DNA of 64,000 bases, taken from a virus. Taxonomy: Duplodnaviria; Caudoviricetes. The stretch lies in the IMG/VR virus record IMGVR_UViG_3300033067_000991, positions 1,338 to 65,337 of that record, one strand, 5' to 3'. The notes below the pieces were generated by a model, which saw only the letters and a list, made by a program, of their open reading frames with translations, did no database searches and was not told the DNA's origin. Shown here piece after piece: positions 52,450-62,076 of the stretch. Both the position numbers and the translations under genes were made by a program. How positions within the stretch are numbered: position 1 is the first letter of the stretch; each line of letters starts with the position of its first letter.

Positions 52450-53826
52450 TTAGGCGCCTCTACCGATATTGATGATGACATTGCGAGTGGCCCGAGAGCA
52501 GGCCACATATAAGATTTGCATGGCTTCCTGGCGGTTTGGGTTGCGCAATATGTCGAACGCATCGACAAAGACATTCTCGAACGTATTGCCTTGGCTCTTG
52601 TGCGCGGTCATGGCGTATGACGGCCGCAGCACCGCGAAAGCGTCATGCAATTTCCAGAAGTCTTTCCAGGCCACTGTTGGCGTTTCTGAGCACGCCTTGC
52701 CAGCCTCCTGCAGCGCCTTGGCAACTTTAATTTCGCTCGCCAAGGCGTTTAGCGCCTGGCGATGTTGTTGCCAGCCGGCGTCGTCCAGCGTCCACGCGGA
52801 ATAGGTCGTGTTGTTGGTTGTGAGGGTCACACACCAAGCGGACAGGTGCGGATAGAGTGGGTGCGCGGCCCGGCTAGGCGAGCCGTCGAATTTGGCTAGG
52901 GTTTCCGTGTTTTCCAATAATTCATCTTCGGTAGTGCCTTCCGCATCGACCAGCATGGTTGGCTTGAGTGGCTTGGCGATATAGGCGAGTTCGCCATCTG
53001 CAAACGGCGCGGCTCCGATCATGGGGTAGCGCAGTAGCTGTACCTGCCGGTTGTAGGCACACACTTGCGCATTGCGGTACGCAATGACGCGAAAACGATT
53101 GGGGTATTGGTCGTAATCGCCATGCACGAAGGCGTCCTGCAAAAATTGCGTGAAGGCCGCCCCTGGCATGACCTTGATACCCTGGCCGATGATGGGGTTA
53201 TGTTGATCTACTGGGGTGGGCGGAACCGTGTCGCCGCGTTCAATTCCGTGTCGGATATCTGTGCAATACGCCAGGATTGGATTATCCATGGCCTGCCGCA
53301 TGATTTCGGTAAGTCGCGGCCCCGGCAGGAGAAAGGTAGGCGACTGACCATCATGATTGACTGGTGGGATTTGCGCGGGGTCGCCAGTAAAGATGATTTT
53401 TACCCGAGTGGTTTGGGCGGCGCGCTTGGTATAGTCGAACAGGTCATGATCGATCATTGAGCACTCATCGACAATCACGACATCGTATTTGTCCAGATGA
53501 TTTTTGCTGCCTGCTCTCACCAGGACTTCTTTCCCGTTTTCGCGGGTAATTTTCAGGCTCAGCAAGCTATGCAGTGTCAGGCAATCTACGGCATAGATGC
53601 TGGCATTGCTCAGCATGCTTTGAATCACGCGCACGGCTTGATGGGTAGGCGCCGTTACCGCCACGCGATAGCCATCGGTGGCTAGCTGCTTGATGAGTTT
53701 TGCGAGCGTAAAGGTTTTGCCAGTGCCGGCGTATCCGCTGAGGGTATAGGCCCAGCTCTCTGGGCTACATACGAACCGATGCAAGGCGGCATAGGCGGCG
53801 GACTGGGCAGCGGTCAGGTCGGCCAT
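52450..53826 (-). CDS. SF1B (Dda/RecD-like) DNA helicase
   Basis: GYAGTGKT, APTHQA, IVDECSM, GDPAQIPPV, YAMTAHKSQG, YVACSRA; start re-called. Confidence 0.93.
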   Translation of the reverse strand: MADLTAAQSAAYAALHRFVCSPESWAYTLSGYAGTGKTFTLAKLIKQLATDGYRVAVTAPTHQAVRVIQSMLSNASIYAVDCLTLHSLLSLKITRENGKEVLVRAGSKNHLDKYDVVIVDECSMIDHDLFDYTKRAAQTTRVKIIFTGDPAQIPPVNHDGQSPTFLLPGPRLTEIMRQAMDNPILAYCTDIRHGIERGDTVPPTPVDQHNPIIGQGIKVMPGAAFTQFLQDAFVHGDYDQYPNRFRVIAYRNAQVCAYNRQVQLLRYPMIGAAPFADGELAYIAKPLKPTMLVDAEGTTEDELLENTETLAKFDGSPSRAAHPLYPHLSAWCVTLTTNNTTYSAWTLDDAGWQQHRQALNALASEIKVAKALQEAGKACSETPTVAWKDFWKLHDAFAVLRPSYAMTAHKSQGNTFENVFVDAFDILRNPNRQEAMQILYVACSRATRNVIINIGRGA

Positions 53827-53840
53827 GGCTAATCCGCTGA

Positions 53841-54072
53841 GTTTGTAGACGCTGTAGACGTTTGTAGACAAACAGCGTCTACAGCCCTAAGCCGCGACTG
53901 GCGCGGTCTACAGCGGTTTGTAGACTTGTAGACGCTTAAATAAGATTTTTCATCTATAAGTAAAATTCTTGCATAGGCGTCTACATGTCTACCATTAGCG
54001 GGAAGCCGCGCCGGTCGTGGCTGGCGACTGTAGACGCCACTGTCTACAAACGTCCACAAACCGTCTACAAAC
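53841..54072. promoter_or_regulatory. Probable replication origin: 12 GTAGAC/GTCTAC iterons around an AT-rich core
   Basis: 6 GTAGAC plus 6 GTCTAC; AT-rich tract 53936-53972; directly after the primase gene. Confidence 0.75.
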
Positions 54073-54081
54073 ACCATAGCG

Positions 54082-56379
54082 TTAAGCATGAGCGGCCTCC
54101 GGCTGGGCGAACTGCGGGGCGAAATAGCGTAGGGAACGCTTCATGCCGGTGGGTGAACCAGTGATGATGTCGCCGTCATTGACGAGTTGTTGTAGAAGTT
54201 GCGAGCGCTCATCGTCGGACAGGCGTTTGTAGGCGCGTACTTGTTGTAGCAGTTCCCGGTGACTCATGCCGGCTGCGCCGGTCTCGATGATCTTGAGCAC
54301 GACTTTTTGCCCAACATCAACGTTGCCATCGTTCAGTAGCGAACTGGTACGGGCGATTGATGACTGACTGTGATGCAGCATATAGCCGGCGGCCCATTCG
54401 GCAATCGGCCGTGTAATCAGTGGATGTGCGGGGTTGTTCCATGCGGCTAGGGCGATGCACAGCCGGCGAAAATTGTTTTTAGCGCCACGAATGATGGGCA
54501 ACATCCGGCGATCCGAAGACAGTGCGTTAAATTCGGCATCGTATTTTTCGCACTGGGTGCTGCCACTCACTTCTATAAGGCGCGGCGTCATTACTGAGCA
54601 GTTGTCACCAAAGATGCGCGCCAAGTCGGTATCCAGTTCTTGCTCTTCCATGGTGGGCAGGTCGCGCACTTGCCTAATCCGGCTAATCAGTTCAACCGGT
54701 GTTGGCGCGTCTGCGTGATGTTGGGAAATTTCGCGCAAGGCGTCAGGATGGCAAATAACCGTGTGCATCAGTTCGGACGCGCCCCGGCCGATTTCGCTGG
54801 TTTTGCTCAATAGCTCGAACGCGCTATCGGACAGCAGTGCCAGCATTGATAGGGATGGATGGCGAATAACGGGCTGTTCATCATGGGTCAGCTTGGTCAG
54901 TCCAAATTCTTCAGCGCTATCGATTTGCAGCAATTTGCGGCCATGTAGATCGGCCAGCATGTTTAGCACTTGGTCGATGGTCCCGGACGGTTGCCGTTTG
55001 GCGAATTTCAGCAAAGTTTCCCATTCCGCCGTCAGGTACAAGGCGGCCGGTGAGCGCAACAGGGTTCGGTATAGGGCGCTGATGCCGCCGAAGCGACTAG
55101 ACCGCACTATTCTGCGCAGGCCAGCGCTCGCCATGGCGGTTTCCACGCCATTGAGCACATAGCGCAATTCATTGATGGTCTGCGCGGACAGCCCGCAATA
55201 CATGAACGCCGGCATACCATCCTGGCCAACATAGCGCCTAGCTGAACTGGCGGAACACAGCACCAAAGCGCCGAGCATAGAAGCGTCGTGATACGCATAG
55301 CTTGTGCGGCTGGACAGCCAAGCGGCGGTTTCCTCGATCAAGGGCACTGGACAGGTAGCGGTATAGCTGAGCGCAGCATGGGTGAGAGTCAGGGTTGGGC
55401 CATGCCGCAGCATATCGAGCGTAGCTTTTACGGCGGATTCGGCAGCCTGCTGCCCATGACTTTGCCAGCCGTGCTGGTTGGCCCAGTAATAGATGGAATC
55501 CAGGGTCAGGCAAGTTTCCTTGTGACGACTGAAAGAGCGCCAGATATACGCCTGGTCTTTGGCGTTGTATTTGTGATTGCCTGGGGCCAGGTTGGACCAG
55601 CGCTCCCACAGTGCAAACCCCTGGCCATCCATAGGGGGGTCGGTATAGTGCAGCGCCATGCCGACTTGGACCCACATGGATCGCTCAAAGTTAGGGATGA
55701 CGCTCAGCGCTGACCACAGCTCGGCCATGCCGTCCTGGCCCAGCCAATCAAAGCCAATAGCGCCACCTTTAGGGATCGGCGCATGCTGGGGTTGCAAGAT
55801 CGCGCGAGATAGGTTTACCAACCAATCGGGCGCGCTAGGTGGGGCGCTACCTTCCAGCGGCCCTTCGTCATCGACGTAATTGTATTGTCCGTTAGTTTTT
55901 GACGGCTCGGTCAGCACATAGCCGTCGTGCTTGATATCGACGCCAGCGCCTAGGCCGCCAGGGTACGCCTGGTTTTGCGGAGCTCGATAAATTAGGTGGA
56001 AGCCGCCGTTGCCGGTGCGCTGATGCCAGCTTGATTGGATGGGACCATGTTGCGATTCTAGCTGCTCGAAGGTCACATCGCCGCCATTGCGCGGATCAAC
56101 ATCGATGGCGACCAAGCCATTGGCCTTCATGGGCAGGCCCCAATTCGCCTGGGGGCATTGCTGATGCCAGGCAGTCAGGGTCCCAATATCAGCGGAAGCG
56201 TCATGTTGGCCATGGCGTACCAGATGGCTGATGGGGTGTTTGCCGGCGTTGCGTCTTGGGCATTGCGGATTGCCGCACGCGCATGCCCCATCTGCTTTGA
56301 TCCACCACAAGGGCAGCAGTCGATAGCCCTGTTCGGCATAACGCAATAGCAAGGCAAGTTTGTCGGTGGCCATCATCAC
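54082..56379 (-). CDS. Bifunctional primase-polymerase with PriCT-2 and DUF3987-like domains
   Basis: CACG..C...GKHP, NWG, IDVD, TGNGGFH, W.QVGMAL, W..WS..K. Confidence 0.9.
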   Translation of the reverse strand: MMMATDKLALLLRYAEQGYRLLPLWWIKADGACACGNPQCPRRNAGKHPISHLVRHGQHDASADIGTLTAWHQQCPQANWGLPMKANGLVAIDVDPRNGGDVTFEQLESQHGPIQSSWHQRTGNGGFHLIYRAPQNQAYPGGLGAGVDIKHDGYVLTEPSKTNGQYNYVDDEGPLEGSAPPSAPDWLVNLSRAILQPQHAPIPKGGAIGFDWLGQDGMAELWSALSVIPNFERSMWVQVGMALHYTDPPMDGQGFALWERWSNLAPGNHKYNAKDQAYIWRSFSRHKETCLTLDSIYYWANQHGWQSHGQQAAESAVKATLDMLRHGPTLTLTHAALSYTATCPVPLIEETAAWLSSRTSYAYHDASMLGALVLCSASSARRYVGQDGMPAFMYCGLSAQTINELRYVLNGVETAMASAGLRRIVRSSRFGGISALYRTLLRSPAALYLTAEWETLLKFAKRQPSGTIDQVLNMLADLHGRKLLQIDSAEEFGLTKLTHDEQPVIRHPSLSMLALLSDSAFELLSKTSEIGRGASELMHTVICHPDALREISQHHADAPTPVELISRIRQVRDLPTMEEQELDTDLARIFGDNCSVMTPRLIEVSGSTQCEKYDAEFNALSSDRRMLPIIRGAKNNFRRLCIALAAWNNPAHPLITRPIAEWAAGYMLHHSQSSIARTSSLLNDGNVDVGQKVVLKIIETGAAGMSHRELLQQVRAYKRLSDDERSQLLQQLVNDGDIITGSPTGMKRSLRYFAPQFAQPEAAHA

Positions 56380-56621
56380 ACCATCGGCCTCCGCGCCCCG
56401 CTCCGCCCCTCTTTCACCGGCGCTCCGACTTCCATGCCGAACTGGTAGCGCCGCAGGGTCTTATCCCGCGCGCACAGCTCCGCGACGGCGTTGAGTTCGG
56501 ATTGCCGCTCCAGCCCCAGCCGCGCACAGATATCCAGCGCCGTCCAGCCGTGGCGGCGCAGCGACACTACTTGCGCACGAGTGGCCAGGTCGAGCTTGGC
56601 CAGGCGGCCGTGGCGGTTCAT
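56376..56621 (-). CDS. Small HTH protein
   Basis: QVVSLRRHGWTALDICARLGL. Confidence 0.65.
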   Translation of the reverse strand: MNRHGRLAKLDLATRAQVVSLRRHGWTALDICARLGLERQSELNAVAELCARDKTLRRYQFGMEVGAPVKEGRSGARRPMV

Positions 56622-57043
56622 GCCACCACCCGCCAGGTTTTTCCGCTGGCGATCTTCTCGATTGCGCTGGTGGACACATCGAATTTCTCCGCCAGCGCCC
56701 GGTTACTGATCGCCCGGGCGCGGGCCAGCAACTCGTCACGCTCATTGATCAGCGACTGAATCAACCGCACATCGCTGGCCGTCAGCTTGGCGTAGTAATG
56801 GTTTTCGCCGCGCATCAGGCGCGAGTAATCCGGTTCGCCGTCCTTGCGCCGGGCGGTACTGCGGCAGGCTTTGCAGTGCGATGAATACCCCCTAACGCCG
56901 GCTCGGTGAAATTCAGTCAGCGGCAAGTCCTGACGGCAGGCCGTACAGGTTTTGGCATTGGTATGTGCCGCCCGACCGCGTTGGTTGTAAAACCGGGTCT
57001 TAGGGGCTTTCTCCCACCAGTCATCCCAGGTTTGCGCACTCAC
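56618..57043 (-). CDS. Zn-finger plus HTH protein (HNH-associated modules, no nuclease core seen)
   Basis: KTCTAC..LPLTEFH..CKAC; GENH..AKLT..V..I..LAEKFDVS. Confidence 0.7.
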   Translation of the reverse strand: MSAQTWDDWWEKAPKTRFYNQRGRAAHTNAKTCTACRQDLPLTEFHRAGVRGYSSHCKACRSTARRKDGEPDYSRLMRGENHYYAKLTASDVRLIQSLINERDELLARARAISNRALAEKFDVSTSAIEKIASGKTWRVVA

Positions 57044-57630
57044 AGCCCAAGCTCCGTCAGAAACGCCCGAACCGGCTGGTTGACGAACGGCACCCACCAG
57101 ATATCCGGTTTCCGCCGAAGCTCTTGCAAGCGGGCCTTGATTTCATCCATCTTGCGAATCTCGATACTGTCGCGGGCAACGATATGCGCGATGGCCTCAT
57201 CCACCAGCCAGCCCTTGTAGCGGGCCATTTCGGCGGTCGATACCGCTTCGTCGGTCCCCTCCCTCGCCAGCCGGCGCAGCATGGCCAGCCGTTGCCCGGT
57301 CGCGTCCTTGGAGCGGCCCAGGGCTTGGGCTATGACTTTGCAGCTCTGCTTGTAGGGCGGGGCGCTGCGCTTCAATAGGAAATCGTCCTCGTCCCGGGTC
57401 CAGTCGGCGGCCCGTTGCCGGCCACTGGCGGCCACCAGGTTTTGATGTTTGAGCTTGAGCAAAAACTGGGGCGACTTCCGAATCCCCAGCGCCTGCGCCT
57501 TGAGCCGCACCGCGCCATGGGTCCGGCCCAGTGACTCGGCCATTTCTTGCGTGCAGGTATCGGGAAAATGGCGGACCAGGTAATCCAATTCCGCGTCGGA
57601 CCAGGTGTGGTATTTGCCTGCTGCTGCCAT
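57040..57630 (-). CDS. Protein with Myb/SANT-like repeats
   Basis: WSDAELDYL..LGRT..AV..KA and WTRDEDDFL..LGRS. Confidence 0.75.
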   Translation of the reverse strand: MAAAGKYHTWSDAELDYLVRHFPDTCTQEMAESLGRTHGAVRLKAQALGIRKSPQFLLKLKHQNLVAASGRQRAADWTRDEDDFLLKRSAPPYKQSCKVIAQALGRSKDATGQRLAMLRRLAREGTDEAVSTAEMARYKGWLVDEAIAHIVARDSIEIRKMDEIKARLQELRRKPDIWWVPFVNQPVRAFLTELGL

Positions 57631-57637
57631 GGCGGGC

Positions 57638-57841
57638 CTACTCCGTGTCCGCTCTGGCCGTGGTTTTCAGGCCGATTGCTTGCAAAGATGTGTTCTGGTG
57701 ATGGTCGCGGAGGAATTGCAGGATCAAGGCCCGCTGTACATCGGCCTGTTTGATGCCCAAGTCATTGCAGGCCGACTTGAAGGCCAGGTGCTGGCTGATG
57801 GTCAGCCGAGTTTTTTGCTCGATATCTAGGCTCTCGTGCAT
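57638..57841 (-). CDS. Small DNA-binding (CII-position) protein
   Basis: Start re-called; ribbon-helix-helix-like pattern. Confidence 0.5.
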   Translation of the reverse strand: MHESLDIEQKTRLTISQHLAFKSACNDLGIKQADVQRALILQFLRDHHQNTSLQAIGLKTTARADTE

Positions 57842-58034
57842 GTCCAGGTACACCGTTGCGCCCTCACGTGGCTGTTCTTGTTGCAAAAAAAAGCCAGTCC
57901 AGCGGAATCCCCCGCGATGGACTGGCGAGCTGAGAAGCGCCGTTACTAAGCCGCCACGGGCGCGGGCGGGAAAGAAAAAAGCCGCCCCCGCGCAAAGCAC
58001 AGACAGGGCGGCAGGTGAGGAATGGGGTGGCATG

Positions 58035-58229
58035 TCAGGCGGCCTGTTGGCAACGTTCCGCATGCAGCGCAACCAGCTTGGAGCCCAGGACAAAGCCAAT
58101 GGAAATGCCGCGCCGGCCGTGCAGTAGGTCGCTGATGTACCCCTGGCTTGTACCAACTTTTTCAGCAAGCTCGACCTGGGTAAGACCGGAATTCAGCAGG
58201 GCCTGGATGAGTTCTGCAAAGTTTTCCAT
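58035..58229 (-). CDS. Second Cro-like XRE HTH protein
   Basis: GLTQVELAEKVGTSQGYISDL. Confidence 0.85.
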   Translation of the reverse strand: MENFAELIQALLNSGLTQVELAEKVGTSQGYISDLLHGRRGISIGFVLGSKLVALHAERCQQAA

Positions 58230-58253
58230 TGATTAGTCCAGATAGGAATTGGA

Positions 58254-58466
58254 TCACGCGGCCTGTTGCGGCCCGCAAAAAACGTCTGGGCACAACTGTT
58301 CCGCTGTGACCCGGCCAGCGGTGGCCGCCTCAATGGGCTTGGCCCACAGCGGCGGAACTCGGCCCCGCAGCGCCCAGTTATTGACGACCTGCGGAGTGGT
58401 ATTCAGCGCCCTGGCAAGAGCGGCTTTACCGCCGGTAAGTTTGATGGCTTCGGAGAGTGCGTCCAT
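58254..58466 (-). CDS. cro: Cro-like (YdaS family) regulator
   Basis: GGKAALARAL..TPQVVNNW..VP..IE.AT.G.VT..L.PDVF; divergent from cI. Confidence 0.9.
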   Translation of the reverse strand: MDALSEAIKLTGGKAALARALNTTPQVVNNWALRGRVPPLWAKPIEAATAGRVTAEQLCPDVFCGPQQAA

Positions 58467-58477
58467 GGGATCAATAC

Positions 58478-58527
58478 TACACGCCATGTTTTTAGATTGC
58501 AATCGCCATGTGTATCAACGTGGCGTG
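58478..58527. promoter_or_regulatory. oR: three operator-like sites, consensus TACAC-N3-RYGTK
   Basis: 58478-90, 58502-14 (reverse) and 58515-27. Confidence 0.6.
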
Positions 58528-58548
58528 CGCAAGCGGCAGAATGTCGCT

Positions 58549-59232
58549 ATGAAAGACGATTACCGCCGGCTGCTCGCGGCCGCCCGCACGCTACGCAACT
58601 GGATGACCCCTTCAGAAGTGGCCGCCGGTCTGGCCACTGGCGGTTATGCCGTGTCTGAGCAGACCATGACTAACTGGAAAACGCGCGGAGTTTCCAAGGA
58701 GGGGCGACTAAACGCTTCACGGATCATTGGTTGTCGCCCCCACTGGCTGGAATCTGGCCAGGGTCCCATGACCGAAACGCTGCAAGCCACCACGGACACG
58801 ACCTACGGCATACGCCTCGGCGGCCCGCGCGCCTTGCCCATCATCAGCTATGTCCAGGCCGGCGCCTGGCGCGAGATCGTTGATACTTTCCCTCCCGGCG
58901 GGGCGGATGAGTACGTCAAGCCGCGCAACGAACACGGCCGGCATTCATTTGCCCTGTACGTCGAGGGTGACTCGATGACGCCCGAGTTTACCGCCGGGGA
59001 CATCATCATCGTAGACCCTGATATAGCGCCAAATCCGGGCAACTATGTCATCGCCCGCAACCACCATGCCGAAGCCACTTTCAAGAAATACCGCCCGCGC
59101 GGCCGAGACGCAGACGGGCGGGAAGTGTTTGAGCTGGTTCCGCTCAACGACAACTACGCCACGCTGCGATCAGACCAGGATGGCGCGGTCATCATTGGAA
59201 CGGTGGTCGAGCACATTCGGATTCTGCGCTAG
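58549..59232 (+). CDS. cI: CI-like repressor with S24 autopeptidase
   Basis: N-terminal HTH; VQAG cleavage site; VEGDSM, ATFKKY; start re-called. Confidence 0.95.
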   Translation: MKDDYRRLLAAARTLRNWMTPSEVAAGLATGGYAVSEQTMTNWKTRGVSKEGRLNASRIIGCRPHWLESGQGPMTETLQATTDTTYGIRLGGPRALPIISYVQAGAWREIVDTFPPGGADEYVKPRNEHGRHSFALYVEGDSMTPEFTAGDIIIVDPDIAPNPGNYVIARNHHAEATFKKYRPRGRDADGREVFELVPLNDNYATLRSDQDGAVIIGTVVEHIRILR

Positions 59233-59238
59233 GCCGTG

Positions 59239-60300
59239 CTAAGCCGCCTGGATCAACGCCTGTTGATTGCGCTGCATCTCAACCAGTCGTTGCAAGCGCT
59301 CAGACAATTCCAAAAACGCCCCCAATGTGGCTTGGTCAAGCAGTAGATTGCCGTCCGTAATCAATGCCGCTATGGGTTGCGCCATGGCGCGGAGGTCCAT
59401 TACCTGCTGAACGAATACCTCCATGACAGCGCCGGCGCTTTCTATGGTCGTCAAAGACTTCTCCAGTCGGTGCGCCTTCGCCGCAGACTCCAAGGAAGCT
59501 CTGTGCATGTCCTCCATGTTCTTGTCGGCCAGCGCGCGCATGCGATTGGCTTCGGCCAGTGCTGCTTCCAATTCGGCAATGCGCCGTTGTGCTGCGGGGT
59601 CTTCTTGGATCACCACCTTCGGTTGCAGAAGCTCAGCCACCCCTAGCCCACCTTCGGCCTGCGCCTTGGCGGCTGCCAACTCCGACTCCAGACGCTCGAC
59701 ACGAGCATCCGCTTCGGCTTTTTGGCGCGCCATGACCCGCTCCCGATCCGACGCCTTGCCTAGCGCCTCGGCGTCTTCGCGGCGCTTTTTCTCCCGATCA
59801 CGCTGCTTGATGAGTGCGCTCACGGTGTCCTGCTGCTCCTGGAACAGTTGTTCCTGAGATTGCCGCAGGCGGGCGATTTCCGCATCCTTGGCAGCGGCTT
59901 GCCGCTTGAGTTCTTCGATTTCTCGCACGGTCACCGACTCGCCATCATCGAGCTTGGCTTGTACGAGGGCTTTGGTGTCTTCATCGGCGGTGATGAGGGC
60001 AAGGGCTTGCTTGATGCCCGGCAAATTTCCCCCCGGGGGGAAATTTGAATCGAGCAATTCCGGATACTCTTTCGCCAGCTTCATATAGCGACCCGCTTGT
60101 TGATGCCCTACTCGGCAATTCGCCCGCAGCCACGGCAGCCACTGCCCATGGTCAAGGCTGGCCTTGACCTCCAACAGCTTGGCTCCGCACCGGGCTGCGT
60201 ACACCACTGCCATGTTCGCGTGACGCTCGGCTTCCTCGTGCAGGAAATTGATTTCCGCAGCCAGGGCGGGAAAGGCGATTTCAAATTGATCAGCGCTCAT
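59239..60300 (-). CDS. DUF3102 domain plus long coiled-coil protein
   Basis: GAKLLEVKASL.HGQWLPWL..RYMKLA. Confidence 0.85.
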   Translation of the reverse strand: MSADQFEIAFPALAAEINFLHEEAERHANMAVVYAARCGAKLLEVKASLDHGQWLPWLRANCRVGHQQAGRYMKLAKEYPELLDSNFPPGGNLPGIKQALALITADEDTKALVQAKLDDGESVTVREIEELKRQAAAKDAEIARLRQSQEQLFQEQQDTVSALIKQRDREKKRREDAEALGKASDRERVMARQKAEADARVERLESELAAAKAQAEGGLGVAELLQPKVVIQEDPAAQRRIAELEAALAEANRMRALADKNMEDMHRASLESAAKAHRLEKSLTTIESAGAVMEVFVQQVMDLRAMAQPIAALITDGNLLLDQATLGAFLELSERLQRLVEMQRNQQALIQAA

Positions 60301-60557
60301 AAAGCCTCTTGTTGACGTTGAAAATTCACGACGCGCCGAATGGCGTCATCCAATTTTTGCAGGGCGTAATCCAACTCTTGCTGCGCCTCGCTGGCGCGCA
60401 ATAGCGCGGCGTCCCGTTCAGCGCACAGCCGGTTGAACTGCGCTCGCTCGGCGTTCTGCTGCAACCCCATCTCTAGATTCTGGGCCACCAGCGCTTCCCA
60501 CAAGTCCTTGTGGTAATAGGTCACGCCGTCCACGATGACGGCGCCCTTACGGTTCAT
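60297..60557 (-). CDS. Coiled-coil hypothetical protein
   Basis: ATGA overlaps on both sides. Confidence 0.7.
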   Translation of the reverse strand: MNRKGAVIVDGVTYYHKDLWEALVAQNLEMGLQQNAERAQFNRLCAERDAALLRASEAQQELDYALQKLDDAIRRVVNFQRQQEAL

Positions 60558-61003
60558 GGCAACCGCTCAAGCAGATCAACCTGTAAGGATTCAGGGTCCG
60601 CCAGCAGCGCCATTCGCGCGGCGGTTAAATCCCGCTTGGCAATCACCCGGGCCTGCTTGTAGCCTTTCACGGGATCGATGCGCTGGGCCTGCTCAATCCA
60701 TGTCGGCATGCGCAGCGCGGCAATACCCTCCAAGTACACCAAGGCTCGAAAATCAGCGGGGTTGCCATGCCGGGCCACCTCCTTGCTAGAGCCCTTGCCA
60801 TAGATCAACCCCCTAATCAGGTCCGCCCAATGGCGGTACACCATGTGCGCAGCGGCCGAATGGCGCTCAGCCCAAGGCGCCACATAGTCGCGGATCGCAT
60901 CAGTCTGCCGCTCATGGATGATGGCGGGTAGACCGGTAGCCTCCAAGTCATTGATGGTGGCGGCCTCCAGGTAGGCGCGCTTTACAGACGGTTCAAGGTT
61001 CAT
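60554..61003 (-). CDS. Hypothetical protein resembling C-terminal module of Rha/antirepressor proteins
   Basis: AGGAG SD; RQTDAIRDYV..Y..LI motif. Confidence 0.6.
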   Translation of the reverse strand: MNLEPSVKRAYLEAATINDLEATGLPAIIHERQTDAIRDYVAPWAERHSAAAHMVYRHWADLIRGLIYGKGSSKEVARHGNPADFRALVYLEGIAALRMPTWIEQAQRIDPVKGYKQARVIAKRDLTAARMALLADPESLQVDLLERLP

Positions 61004-61041
61004 GCTGTTCTCCTGTCGCCGGAATTGGCGTGGAAAAATTC

Positions 61042-61081
61042 TACACAAGGTGTTGACTTCTGTCTACACGTGGCGTTTAAT
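61042..61081 (+). promoter_or_regulatory. pL/oL: promoter TTGACT-17-TTTAAT with two operator sites
   Basis: TACAC-AAG-GTGTT at 61042-54 and TACAC-GTG-GCGTT at 61065-77 match the oR sites. Confidence 0.65.
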
Positions 61082-61124
61082 ACTCGCCAACCCGCCACCC
61101 CGGCGGGCACCACTGGAAAGAGCA

Positions 61125-61316
61125 ATGAACGAGCAACTGACCAAAGCGCTGCATGCAGCGCAATTGCTAAGCGAATACCTGCAAGAAGCAGCCGTCACCG
61201 CAGACCCGGTAGCGATCCTGCTGCTGGAGCAGTTCATCAGTGACGCCGTGAGCCTGGAATTTCGTATCAAAGCCCTGGCCGAACGCCTCGCCATACGCGA
61301 CGGAGGCCAGCAATGA
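61125..61316 (+). CDS. First pL operon protein, hypothetical
   Basis: Helical; ATGA overlap with the next gene. Confidence 0.65.
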   Translation: MNEQLTKALHAAQLLSEYLQEAAVTADPVAILLLEQFISDAVSLEFRIKALAERLAIRDGGQQ

Positions 61317-61474
61317 TTCACACCAACTACGAACCGCGGGTGAACTTCATCCGCGCCAAAGCCCAAGCCCGCGCCGCTGGCCGCCTGGCCTTCGATGCGT
61401 TCTTGTTCTCGATCACCGTGGGCATTTGGGGCGCCGTGTTGAGCCTCATGGTGCTCAAGTGGGTGATGCCATGA
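61313..61474 (+). CDS. Small membrane protein (53 aa)
   Basis: GGAGG SD; C-terminal hydrophobic helix. Confidence 0.6.
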   Translation: MIHTNYEPRVNFIRAKAQARAAGRLAFDAFLFSITVGIWGAVLSLMVLKWVMP

Positions 61475-61719
61475 AGCACACCGTCTATTACGGCCCTGGC
61501 GACGCCATCATCTGGGCGCCCTGCGATGGCCATCCGTGTGACCCGCGCACGGATGACGAGGCTTTCATAGCCTGGGAGGAGTCCGTGACCTACGCGGATG
61601 TGATCTCAACCGCTGTCATCGACAGCGTGTTGTTCCAGCTCAGGCACGGCAACCCCGACGACGCCAAAACGGCGCTCGAAGTCGGCCTGCGGGCCGCCTA
61701 TGCGAAGGAGTCGGAATGA
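61471..61719 (+). CDS. Hypothetical acidic protein
   Basis: ATGA coupling. Confidence 0.6.
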   Translation: MKHTVYYGPGDAIIWAPCDGHPCDPRTDDEAFIAWEESVTYADVISTAVIDSVLFQLRHGNPDDAKTALEVGLRAAYAKESE

Positions 61720-61919
61720 GCCAGCCAGCCCACACGTGGACAACTCAGGCGCCTGGGCCAGCACCGCCGCGCATCCCGATATCCGCCGCAAAACTGCTGA
61801 GCCTGGCCTCATTCGAGGGCGTGATGGAGGCTGAATCCAAGTGGACGCCGTTCGAGGCGTTCGTGGCCGGAGTCGCCGCCGCCGAGAAACATCACGGAAT
61901 TGCCGGGGGTGAGTCATGA
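61716..61919 (+). CDS. Hypothetical protein
   Basis: GGAG SD; ATGA coupling. Confidence 0.6.
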   Translation: MSQPAHTWTTQAPGPAPPRIPISAAKLLSLASFEGVMEAESKWTPFEAFVAGVAAAEKHHGIAGGES

Positions 61920-62076
61920 GATACGCGCCACCAGACTACTGCCGAGTGCATATCACCCGACAGCGCCTGACCCCAGGGCAAATCATCCAGCCACGGCGCG
62001 GATATTGGTTCCGAGTCGTCGAACGAGCCCTGCCGTTCGTCTGGATCGTCAACGATTACAAACCCTGGAGCACCCG

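Noticed and set aside
58249-58548. 100-aa N-terminal extension of cI from the ORF track
   Set aside because: Overlaps cro and the operators; the HTH begins at ATG 58549
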